From the NCBI GenBank assembly GCA_913057175.1, contig CAJXNP010000021.1, forward strand, positions 18,869-82,868: a DNA stretch of 64,000 nt, written 5' to 3'. A model generated the notes under the pieces. The model did no database searches and was not told the origin of the DNA. It saw nothing but the letters and a program-made list of their open reading frames with translations. The number at the start of each line of letters is the position of its first letter. Position 1 is the stretch's first letter. The position numbers and the translations under genes were made by a program. Below, one piece after another: positions 20,409 to 28,593 of this stretch. Source of the stretch: an uncultured Cytophagales bacterium. Lineage in GTDB: Bacteria > Bacteroidota > Bacteroidia > Cytophagales > Cyclobacteriaceae.

Positions 20409-21659
20409 ATGAAAACCATGAATACCTCATATGAAATTTACAAATTTTTATGCCAGCTATTGCTTTTAACCATTCTGCTGTCTTTCTATGCATGTCAAAA
20501 TGACCCCGACATTGAACCTGATAAAAACGAGCAAAAAGAGGAAAACGAAGAGCCAGAAGAAGAAAACGAAGAAGAAGATGAAAACAATAATTCCGGAAGT
20601 ACATTCACTTCCGATGAGCTTTCTTCTTTCCTGGTATTTAGCGAAAATCCAACGCAAATATCTGGTAATCTTTCCTCAGCGCCGGATGGTCAAATGAAGA
20701 TTGATGTTGAAGACACGATTTATGTGGTAAAAGGATATCCCCTGGGAAACAGGATCAGCTTTTTGAAGGATCCATCACAGGATATTACCGGATTTTACAT
20801 CTCCGTGGCAGGGGCCTCCCACTATTTTGATGTGCCGAAAACGATTGAAGAAGATCAGTTTGTAGCCGAAGGTGAAGATGATACCGTTTCGGTTATCCTT
20901 CTAGGTTTTGACCCTTCGGCTCAAAACGGCCGTTTGGCTGAAACGAAAGAAACAACCTATCCTGTCACAACAGAAATTAAGATCCAGCCGCATGATAAAA
21001 ATGGAACGGCTATCGATGAGTTCACAAAATTTATTACGGTAGAAGACCCGGAATCCGGGGCAAATTGCAACTCCATTCTTGAAAAAACCTGGGAATGGAA
21101 TTTCACTTTCAGAATAAATAATGGAGAAATCGTCAATATATGGGCACCCGGATTGGGCATACCGATCAATACAAAAGGCGGAGGATGTTGCAATGGCGAT
21201 GGTAAAAGTTTCACTGTGACTGATCCCGGATGCGTGGCGAACATTAATGAGCCGAATATGAAATGGATCGAAGTATACCCTAATGATTTCTACGTTCGTC
21301 CATTTGAGATCCTGCATTTTTATAGCGGTGACAAAGTGCTGGCTTTTCAGAAAGAGATCATTAAAAACTGGGACTTGTTTAACACGGATTTTTGCAGTCA
21401 AAACCTCACCTATACCAGTAAGGTAAACGACAATTTCGCAAGGCAAGGTGAGCACGATTTTACACCTGGAGCAAGCAGGATAAAATTAAGTTTTCCGGAT
21501 TGGAAAGGTGGCTGGAGACCAACGGGAGGTGACATTGTCTACACTTGCAATACCCTTGTAATAATCGCCGGAAATGAGGGAGATACTTTTCTCTACGTCT
21601 ACCGGCTATGGAACGGATTCTCATTGATTACGCAAACACAAGTCATATGGCATGACTAA
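20409..21659 (+). CDS. Cys-rich secreted lipoprotein, paralog 1 (unknown function)
   Basis: 416 aa. Signal peptide with lipobox-like LSFYACQND. Acidic low-complexity linker (KEENEEPEEENEEEDENNN). Then a ~340-aa domain with conserved Cys positions (GGGCCNGDGKSFTV, FCSQN, YTCNTLVI). Confidence 0.7.
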   Translation: MKTMNTSYEIYKFLCQLLLLTILLSFYACQNDPDIEPDKNEQKEENEEPEEENEEEDENNNSGSTFTSDELSSFLVFSENPTQISGNLSSAPDGQMKIDVEDTIYVVKGYPLGNRISFLKDPSQDITGFYISVAGASHYFDVPKTIEEDQFVAEGEDDTVSVILLGFDPSAQNGRLAETKETTYPVTTEIKIQPHDKNGTAIDEFTKFITVEDPESGANCNSILEKTWEWNFTFRINNGEIVNIWAPGLGIPINTKGGGCCNGDGKSFTVTDPGCVANINEPNMKWIEVYPNDFYVRPFEILHFYSGDKVLAFQKEIIKNWDLFNTDFCSQNLTYTSKVNDNFARQGEHDFTPGASRIKLSFPDWKGGWRPTGGDIVYTCNTLVIIAGNEGDTFLYVYRLWNGFSLITQTQVIWHD

Positions 21660-21832
21660 GAATGGTAATGAATTTTAAGAAAAAGCGGTCTTCTCTCGCT
21701 ACTGCCAGATACTTCAAAAACCGGCCACCTGCAAATTCAAACTTCCCAACCGAGAAGTGGGGCTTCGATCAGACAGATACAGCATTTAACTTAAATGACA
21801 ATAAAACATTAAAAGCTAAAACCAATCAAATA

Positions 21833-23074
21833 ATGAAAACCAACCATAAAATTTATAATCCTACTAGCATTTTATTGATTTTATCCTTGTTGATAATTTT
21901 CAATTCCTGTCAGGATGAACCGGAAGTTGAACCAAGTGATAATAATAAGGTGCAAAACGAAGAAGAAAAAGAGGAGGAAGAGCAAAACAATTCAGGAAAA
22001 ACATTTTCGCCCGATGAACTTTCATCCTTCCTTGTTTTTACTGACAGCGTCTCAAAAACAGATGGAGAATTACCATCAGCGCCAGATGGACAGATAAAAA
22101 TCGATGTCGAGGACACCATATTTGTTGTAAAAAATTATCCAATAGGTAAAAGAATTCACTTTAAACATAACCCTTCCCAGAAAATATCAGGGTTTTATAT
22201 CTATGTTGGCGGTTCGTCTTTTTATTACGACGTACCTGAAACGGTTACCGATGACCAATATATTCCCGAGGGGGATGAAGATACAACATCTGTCATTCTC
22301 ATCGATATTGACCCACCTGCTGATGAAACAGACTATCCTTTCACTACGGAAATTGTCATACAACCCCATGGTGAATCCGGCACTCCGCTTGACGAATTTA
22401 TAAAATGGATCACCGTAGAGGATCCTGGAAATAACTCAGGTGGTTTATGCAATTCGATAACTGATTCCAAATCTACCAACGATGCAGGCAAACCAGTAAA
22501 AACCTGGGTGTGGGATTTTACCATCAGGGAATACAACGGCGAGGTATTAAATGTCTTTGCTCCAGGCCTTTCAACGGTTATCAATTCACAAGGATCTGGT
22601 TGTTGTAGTAGCAGCGGCATAAGCTTCACCGTAAATGGCAGTCCATATTGTTTTGTGGATACACCTCACATGACCTGGGTGACATTGGATGTGAATGATT
22701 ACAGTGTCCGAACCTATGAATTATTGACATTTTGGGATGATGGGGAAATTTACCAGCATAGCAATGAAGTAAAGAAACAATATGATATTTCGATTACTAA
22801 CTTTTGCTCCGGTACAGTTGGGTACACATTTGACAACAATTATTATTCAAACATCGGCACCCATGATTTTACACCAGGCGCCAGCCATATCAATTTGGAA
22901 TTCCCTCAATGGAAAGGCAGCTGGCGTACGCAGGGAGGACAGCTGATTTACACTTGCAACACCCTGATCATGAGCTGGGGTGGCAACGACAAGTTTACTG
23001 CGATTTATCGCAAAAAAGAAGTTGACGAAGACCTGTTTGGTTTCTACAACCAATGGAAACCCTGGTTTGATTAA
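21833..23074 (+). CDS. Cys-rich secreted lipoprotein, paralog 2
   Basis: Internal ATG of ORF 21662..23074 gives MKTNHKIYNPTSILLILSLLIIFNSCQDE (signal peptide plus lipobox). It has the same acidic linker and is collinear with paralog 1 (SAPDGQIKIDVEDTIFVVKNYP, GSGCCSSSGISFTV, YTCNTLIM). Confidence 0.7.
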   Translation: MKTNHKIYNPTSILLILSLLIIFNSCQDEPEVEPSDNNKVQNEEEKEEEEQNNSGKTFSPDELSSFLVFTDSVSKTDGELPSAPDGQIKIDVEDTIFVVKNYPIGKRIHFKHNPSQKISGFYIYVGGSSFYYDVPETVTDDQYIPEGDEDTTSVILIDIDPPADETDYPFTTEIVIQPHGESGTPLDEFIKWITVEDPGNNSGGLCNSITDSKSTNDAGKPVKTWVWDFTIREYNGEVLNVFAPGLSTVINSQGSGCCSSSGISFTVNGSPYCFVDTPHMTWVTLDVNDYSVRTYELLTFWDDGEIYQHSNEVKKQYDISITNFCSGTVGYTFDNNYYSNIGTHDFTPGASHINLEFPQWKGSWRTQGGQLIYTCNTLIMSWGGNDKFTAIYRKKEVDEDLFGFYNQWKPWFD

Positions 23075-23133
23075 CCTAATTAAATCATACTCAATTAATT
23101 AACAATTCAATTTTCAACAAAACCAATCAAACA

Positions 23134-23439
23134 ATGAAAACGATTCAAAACAATGCAAAAAGAGTCATGCTATTTATCTGTTTAAGCATGGCCGTTCTCT
23201 CATTTTCAATGTGTGGCTCCGAAGGTGATGACAATAATGATGGAGAAACAGGCCCCTGCGAACACCTGGAATGCCAAAACGGTGGTGAAGCCATTGTAGA
23301 TGTCGAATTTGATGGTTGCAGGTGTAATTGCCCAACGGGATTTACCGGTGAATTCTGCGAGACAACTTACTGCCCGGGAAATATCGAGTGCCCCAACGGA
23401 CAATCACCCAACCCGGCCAATGACTGTCAATGTGAATAG
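23134..23439 (+). CDS. small secreted Cys-rich protein with EGF-like signature
   Basis: 101 aa with a signal peptide (MLFICLSMAVLSFSMCGSE). The mature part, CEHLECQNGGEAIVDVEFDGCRCNCPTGFTGEFCE, fits the six-Cys EGF pattern, including NGG and C-x-C-x2-G-F-x-G-x2-C. Confidence 0.65.
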   Translation: MKTIQNNAKRVMLFICLSMAVLSFSMCGSEGDDNNDGETGPCEHLECQNGGEAIVDVEFDGCRCNCPTGFTGEFCETTYCPGNIECPNGQSPNPANDCQCE

Positions 23440-23499
23440 AATTCTGATTCGAATTTTTCACCGGTAAAAAGTGTGTTTTACACGATTTTGGGAATTGGC

Positions 23500-23533
23500 A
23501 TTTCAACCATGTCAATTCTCAAATTTCAACCAT
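23500..23533 (+). repeat. perfect 11-bp direct repeat ATTTCAACCAT x2 with a 12-bp spacer
   Basis: Copies at 23500-23510 and 23523-23533, ending 17 nt upstream of the ATG at 23550. Confidence 0.8.
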
Positions 23534-23549
23534 CAAAAACCTGTCAATC

Positions 23550-25655
23550 ATGAAAAACCCATCAACCAACCAAAAATATTGCAAAAAGTGGATATTGCTC
23601 ACTTTTCTTTATTTGCCAGCAATAACATTATTTGCCCAACCCAACGACCATTGCGCAGATGCAATTGAGTTAACCATTTCATCAAACTGCAGTGTCAAGG
23701 TTTTTAGCAATGAAAATGCAACCGTAGAAGAAAAATCCATTGCAGCAGACCCCTCTTGTGGTCACTTTTCAGGCAGGGACATCTGGTTTTATTTTGAAGT
23801 TCCTGCTTCAGGTTATTTGCGTTTAGAAACCCAAAACCAATCCGGTTCTGTCGCCCATTCTATGACCCTTTATTCAGGAGCTTGCGGCGACTTTCAGGAA
23901 GAATTATGTATCAGCCTTGATAGACAAAGAACCATTTACCGGCCAGACCTTGCCGGACAAACTCTTTATTTAAGAATGTTTAACTATGCCAAAACAAATC
24001 CGGAGGGTAGTCCATTTGATCTTTGTGTTTATGAACCGGAAGTTCCTGTAAATGACCTTTGTTCTAATGCAACCGAGATTGAAATTGAAAACATTTGCCA
24101 ACTTCGCTCCTATTCCAACGCCTTTGCCACCGCTGAAGAAACTACGGTGGCAGCGCTTCCCTCGTGTGGTCAGTATTTTGGAGGTGATGTATGGTTTAAA
24201 GCAGTTATTCCCGATACGGAAAACCTTCGTATCGAAGTTCCACGTTCAGTTGCGCTCTATTCAGGATCGTGTGGATCCTTTCAGGCAATTTTTTGCAATC
24301 AAATAGACAAAGAAGAAATTTTCCCAGTCGAACCGTGGATTGGTGAAGAAATTTACATTCGAGTGTTTACTTATGGATCTGAGGAAGGATCAGATTTTAA
24401 TATGTGCCTGTTTAATCCCGAAACGCCAACAAATGATGATTGCGCAGCAGCCATTGAAATTGCAGGTTCTGAGACTTGCAACAAATTTGTTTACACCAAC
24501 CAATACGCTACCCCTGAAAATACCTCCGTTGCTCCACTTCCATCCTGTGGCCAGTATCAGGGTGGGGATGTTTGGTTTAAAACCACCATTTCCCAATCGG
24601 GTATTTTACGAATTGAAGTACCACGGTCCGTCTCAATCTATACCGGTACCTGTGGGAATTTATCTGAAAAATACTGTCATCAACTAGATAAGCAAAAAAC
24701 GTATTACGATGATTCATGGATTGGTGAAGAGGTCTATATCAGGGTATTTACCTATGGATCGGAAGAAGGAAGTGAATTTGAAATTTGTGTATATTCTCCG
24801 GATTTGCCACCTAACGATGACTGCAGTCAAGCCATCGATCTGCCAGTTTCAGGCGAATGCAATCCTTCAAAATATTCGAATAACAAGGCTACCTCAGAAA
24901 CATCAATTGCGTCGATACCGTCCTGTGGTCAGTACAAAGGTGGTGATGTCTGGTTCAAATCAACGGTACCTGCATCAGGCAATTTAACTATTAAAGCCAA
25001 TTTAAGTACAACAAACAATCAGCAATCTGTTACTATGTATAGTGGAAAATGTGGAAGTTTTACTGAGTTGGTATGTAGCGAGCTCACCGATGAAGCCACT
25101 CTCTCAGATTCTGCATTGGCCGGAGAAGAAATATATATCCGGGTTTACAGGTATGGTACTGATGAAGGTACGGATTTTGAAATATGCGCATATGAATCCA
25201 ATTGTAAAAATGGTAGTCATGATGCTGGAACCATTTCGATTTGTGAGGGAGATCAATACCGGTTTGGATCTCAAACCTTAACACTGCCAGGTACCTATTC
25301 AGAATTATTTGAATCGAAAAACGGTTGCGACTCCATTGTCAACATTCAACTGGAATTCCAGATAGAAGATTGTCCCGACAATGAAATTACCAGCCTGGGT
25401 GAGGATACTAGTGAAAAGGATAAAATTAACATTTATCCAAACCCGTTCAATGAAAGTTGTCAAATACAGATGGATGAAGAATATGAAACATTGAAAATTG
25501 CAATTGTGAATACCGTTGGGCAAAAGGTTTATTCAAGGCAATTCACCAACCAATCTTTTGTAAACCTGGATATGAATGAAATATCAAACGGTCTTTATTT
25601 TTTGTCGATAGATACAAACAAACACCTATTCGTTCGGAAAATCTTAAAACGATAA
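23550..25655 (+). CDS. secreted four-repeat Cys-containing protein with T9SS C-terminal sorting domain
   Basis: 701 aa. Signal peptide (WILLTFLYLPAITLFAQ). Four ~125-aa repeats. C-terminal Por/T9SS-type CTD (INIYPNPFNESCQIQM...GLYFLSIDTNKHLFVRKILK). Confidence 0.85.
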   Translation: MKNPSTNQKYCKKWILLTFLYLPAITLFAQPNDHCADAIELTISSNCSVKVFSNENATVEEKSIAADPSCGHFSGRDIWFYFEVPASGYLRLETQNQSGSVAHSMTLYSGACGDFQEELCISLDRQRTIYRPDLAGQTLYLRMFNYAKTNPEGSPFDLCVYEPEVPVNDLCSNATEIEIENICQLRSYSNAFATAEETTVAALPSCGQYFGGDVWFKAVIPDTENLRIEVPRSVALYSGSCGSFQAIFCNQIDKEEIFPVEPWIGEEIYIRVFTYGSEEGSDFNMCLFNPETPTNDDCAAAIEIAGSETCNKFVYTNQYATPENTSVAPLPSCGQYQGGDVWFKTTISQSGILRIEVPRSVSIYTGTCGNLSEKYCHQLDKQKTYYDDSWIGEEVYIRVFTYGSEEGSEFEICVYSPDLPPNDDCSQAIDLPVSGECNPSKYSNNKATSETSIASIPSCGQYKGGDVWFKSTVPASGNLTIKANLSTTNNQQSVTMYSGKCGSFTELVCSELTDEATLSDSALAGEEIYIRVYRYGTDEGTDFEICAYESNCKNGSHDAGTISICEGDQYRFGSQTLTLPGTYSELFESKNGCDSIVNIQLEFQIEDCPDNEITSLGEDTSEKDKINIYPNPFNESCQIQMDEEYETLKIAIVNTVGQKVYSRQFTNQSFVNLDMNEISNGLYFLSIDTNKHLFVRKILKR
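23640..25196 (+). repeat. four tandem in-frame coding repeats (~380-400 nt each)
   Basis: Repeat units start at P31 (23640), P166 (24045), P293 (24426) and P420 (24807). Each has NDxC..AIE, then PSCGQY.GGDVWFK, then YSG.CG.F, then GEE.YIRVF.YGSEEGS.F..C. Confidence 0.85.
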
Positions 25656-25768
25656 TGATGGATCGTTGAAATAAATAGACTCAAATGTCGTGTAATATAT
25701 CCATAGGAATTTATCTGAAATATATTTAGATAATCCAATATTTGGCCGTAATTTCGTGCACACACAAG

Positions 25769-26374
25769 ATGAGCGGAGAACAGACGATAGCACTTTACCA
25801 ACCTATGCTTCAGGCAATAGCCGTGAAAATAGTAGGTTCTATACACGATGCTGAGGATATTGTTCAGGACACCTTTCTGAAATATCTTACGATCGACAAG
25901 AGTAAAATCCAGAATTCAAAAGCCTATCTGATCAAATCCGTAACCAATAACTGCCTGAACCACATCAATTCATTCAAGCAAAAAAAGAAAGAATACCTTG
26001 AGTCCATCAAATTGCCGGAATTTATTGAGAAAATTGACCTCTCACATCTGGATATCAAACATGATATTGATGCAGCAATGGAAGTCCTTCACAAAAAACT
26101 TGAACCACTGGAGCGCTCGATTTTTATACTCAGAGAATGCTTCGATTTTGAATATGACGAATTGCAGGAAATATTTGACAAGAAAAAGGATCACTGCAGA
26201 CAATTGGTCTGCCGGGCTAAAACCAAACTTTCTGATAAGTCATTTAAATTCAATACTCAAATTCCTTCTCTTAAAGGAAGCTTTTTAGACACGCTGAAAA
26301 ATGCCTTCTCAAAGGGTCAATTAACCGAATTAGTCGAACATCTTAAGAGCAATTCAGAAAAAACTGAAAATTAA
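25769..26374 (+). CDS. ECF-type sigma-70 family RNA polymerase sigma factor
   Basis: ORF 25742 opens on TTG; ATG at 25769 (MSGEQTIALYQP). Region 2-like AEDIVQDTFLKYL. Region 4-like LEPLERSIFILRECFDFEYDELQEIF. Confidence 0.8.
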   Translation: MSGEQTIALYQPMLQAIAVKIVGSIHDAEDIVQDTFLKYLTIDKSKIQNSKAYLIKSVTNNCLNHINSFKQKKKEYLESIKLPEFIEKIDLSHLDIKHDIDAAMEVLHKKLEPLERSIFILRECFDFEYDELQEIFDKKKDHCRQLVCRAKTKLSDKSFKFNTQIPSLKGSFLDTLKNAFSKGQLTELVEHLKSNSEKTEN

Positions 26375-26459
26375 TTTCAGTTTTCTGTCACAACCTCACA
26401 CCTTCTTTGTCTACTTAGTAGATATATATCACAAAATCTTAAATTAGAACTGAATCAGA

Positions 26460-27242
26460 ATGGAAGTGATCATCCCCTTTTTTATTGCGCATTGGTACTT
26501 GTCTTTGTTTTTCCAGACATTCTTTCTTCATCGCTATGCCTCTCACATGGCATTTTCGATGAGTAAACGGACAGAAAAAATATTCTTTATATTAACCTGG
26601 TTCTTCCAGGGATCCAATTATTTAAGTCCCTACGGATACGGAATCATGCACAGAATGCACCATGCATTTGCTGACACCCCGAATGATCCGCATTCTCCCA
26701 AATATGATGAAAGCATCTTCAAAATGATGTGGAAAACCAAAACCATTTATTCAGACATTACCAGTAAAAAAGTTAAGGTTGACCCCCGGTTTACCAAGGA
26801 TGTTCCGGAGTGGCCTGCATTTGACAAATTTGCACGCTCATGGGTATCAAGATTGATGTGGGGAGCGCTTTACTTTTCGGTTTACCTAGTATTCGCTGAT
26901 CAGTGGTGGTTATGGTTATTCTTACCGATCCAGTTTGCTCTGAGTCCTATTCATGGAGCGATCATCAACTGGTTTGCCCATAAATACGGTTACAGAAATT
27001 ACGAAGTGGGCGACACTTCCAGAAATTTTCTTCCTGTTGACTTCTTGATGATGGGCGAAAGCTATCACAATAATCACCACAAGCATGGTTCACGACCAAA
27101 TTTCGGGGGTATTCGCTGGCACGAAATCGATCCCACGTATTACATGATCAGACTCCTTGATAAAATGAAAGTCATTAAGATCAATGAATACGCCCGGGAA
27201 GTTAAGATAGAGAAAAAAGAACGCAAAAAGGAGGCTGCATAA
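26460..27242 (+). CDS. membrane fatty-acid (acyl-CoA/acyl-lipid) desaturase
   Basis: 260 aa with the three histidine boxes HRYASH, HRMHH and HNNHH in a hydrophobic context. Confidence 0.85.
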   Translation: MEVIIPFFIAHWYLSLFFQTFFLHRYASHMAFSMSKRTEKIFFILTWFFQGSNYLSPYGYGIMHRMHHAFADTPNDPHSPKYDESIFKMMWKTKTIYSDITSKKVKVDPRFTKDVPEWPAFDKFARSWVSRLMWGALYFSVYLVFADQWWLWLFLPIQFALSPIHGAIINWFAHKYGYRNYEVGDTSRNFLPVDFLMMGESYHNNHHKHGSRPNFGGIRWHEIDPTYYMIRLLDKMKVIKINEYAREVKIEKKERKKEAA

Positions 27243-27504
27243 GGAAGAACCACTTCCTTCCTATATTAAGTTTCCATCAACTAAATTAAAGCTGATTTTG
27301 GGATAGTTATATTATCACCAATATCAGCTTTAATTGCGTATATGGCTGATGTGATAAATTATCAGACACCTATTTCAGAAATAAAAAAAGGTTAATGCCC
27401 CAAAATTTTAGTGAGTTATATTTTTGGTAAAGCCATATAATAGTTAGATTATAAAATGATTTAGATCCAAATCAAATCAATTTTCAAATCTTAACTGTCT
27501 AACT

Positions 27505-28497
27505 ATGAAAAACAGAATCTTAGCTACATTAGCGATCTTTACCCTTTTTATCAGTTCTTGTACCGAAATGGATGAAAAAGGAGAATCCCATTTGGTACAA
27601 ACTTTAACCCCTAAAGTTCCTGAAGCTGTGAAAATTGCCCAGGCAACAAATAAGCGGGTGACTGCAGAAGGCATCAAGGGAATGTTAAATGAAACCTTAT
27701 TTGCAGGTAAGCCATACCAAATCTCCTCCATTTGCATCTATAAAAATGTTGAAAAACAAACAACCGTGGAAACCATTGACCAACAATTTCAATCGACATT
27801 ATCACACCGATGGGTTCCAAATGACACCCGGCGGAATTGGAATGGAGATGGAAACCTAAATGATATCGATTTTACATACCTGGCTCCTTTTGCTACAGCA
27901 AACGGGTTTGATGGTCCTATCAATGCCATTCCGGTCTATGATGCCATGCTTTCAAAGTGGGAAAATGAAGGCTATTGTAATACAGTATCATTAGATATTT
28001 CTGTCTATGATCTGTCAACTGGAATTAATCCAAGCCTGATTTTGGATTTTGGTTTAACTCCGGGCGATCCTCTCTCTGACGTGCAGGTTTTAGGTTTTGT
28101 ACCTCCAGAAATCATGGAGGCTGTCCTGGGAAGTCCAAATGTCTTGGGTGTTGCCTTTGCTTTTGTTTTCATTGATGAAAATGGCAATCCAATAAAAACC
28201 AAAAGAGGAAAAGATGATAAAGCTTATTCGGAAGTATGGTTCAATGAAGGCTATCCGTGGTCTAATTCCTTAAATGGCATCAATATCCAATCCGTGGTTT
28301 TACACGAATTCGGTCACACGTTAAATCTTGGTCATTTCGGTATTCTTCAGTCATTTACTACAAATGGAGAGACTGAATTAGTTTATCAACCGGTAAATAC
28401 CATGAATGCGTTGTATATCGGTGAGTACCGAAATTTCCTGGGACCAAATGATAAAGGGAATTACTGCGAAGCATGGGGTAGCTGGCCCTGGAACTAA
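27505..28497 (+). CDS. metzincin-type zinc metalloprotease lipoprotein
   Basis: 330 aa. Signal peptide plus lipobox (LFISSCTE). Extended zinc-binding motif VLHEFGHTLNLGHF (HExxHxxGxxH). Confidence 0.75.
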   Translation: MKNRILATLAIFTLFISSCTEMDEKGESHLVQTLTPKVPEAVKIAQATNKRVTAEGIKGMLNETLFAGKPYQISSICIYKNVEKQTTVETIDQQFQSTLSHRWVPNDTRRNWNGDGNLNDIDFTYLAPFATANGFDGPINAIPVYDAMLSKWENEGYCNTVSLDISVYDLSTGINPSLILDFGLTPGDPLSDVQVLGFVPPEIMEAVLGSPNVLGVAFAFVFIDENGNPIKTKRGKDDKAYSEVWFNEGYPWSNSLNGINIQSVVLHEFGHTLNLGHFGILQSFTTNGETELVYQPVNTMNALYIGEYRNFLGPNDKGNYCEAWGSWPWN

Positions 28498-28539
28498 CGA
28501 AAAAAGAATCTAAATCATAAAAGGACTTAAAGACGAAAT

Positions 28540-28566
28540 GACTCGTTTTCGAGTCCTTTTTTCTTT
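28540..28566 (+). terminator. rho-independent terminator after the metalloprotease gene
   Basis: GACTCG-TTTT-CGAGTC perfect 6-bp stem, followed by CTTTTTTCTTTT. Confidence 0.6.
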
Positions 28567-28593
28567 TCATTCTTTCGAAAGAAAATTATAAGA

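Noticed and set aside
20362-20697. Three short ORFs (20362..20604 minus, 20466..20657 minus, 20488..20697 plus) over the start of the first lipoprotein gene
   Set aside because: They are generated by the GAA/GAG-rich acidic-linker coding region, which stays open in several frames. The lipoprotein frame has a signal peptide and a paralog.
21662-21832. 57-codon N-terminal extension of lipoprotein paralog 2; similar extensions at 50811-50918 (msrA), 56061-56135 (aguB), 59921-60037 (TPR protein) and 36198-36251
   Set aside because: The internal ATGs give proper signal peptides or canonical N-termini and avoid overlaps with upstream genes or terminators.
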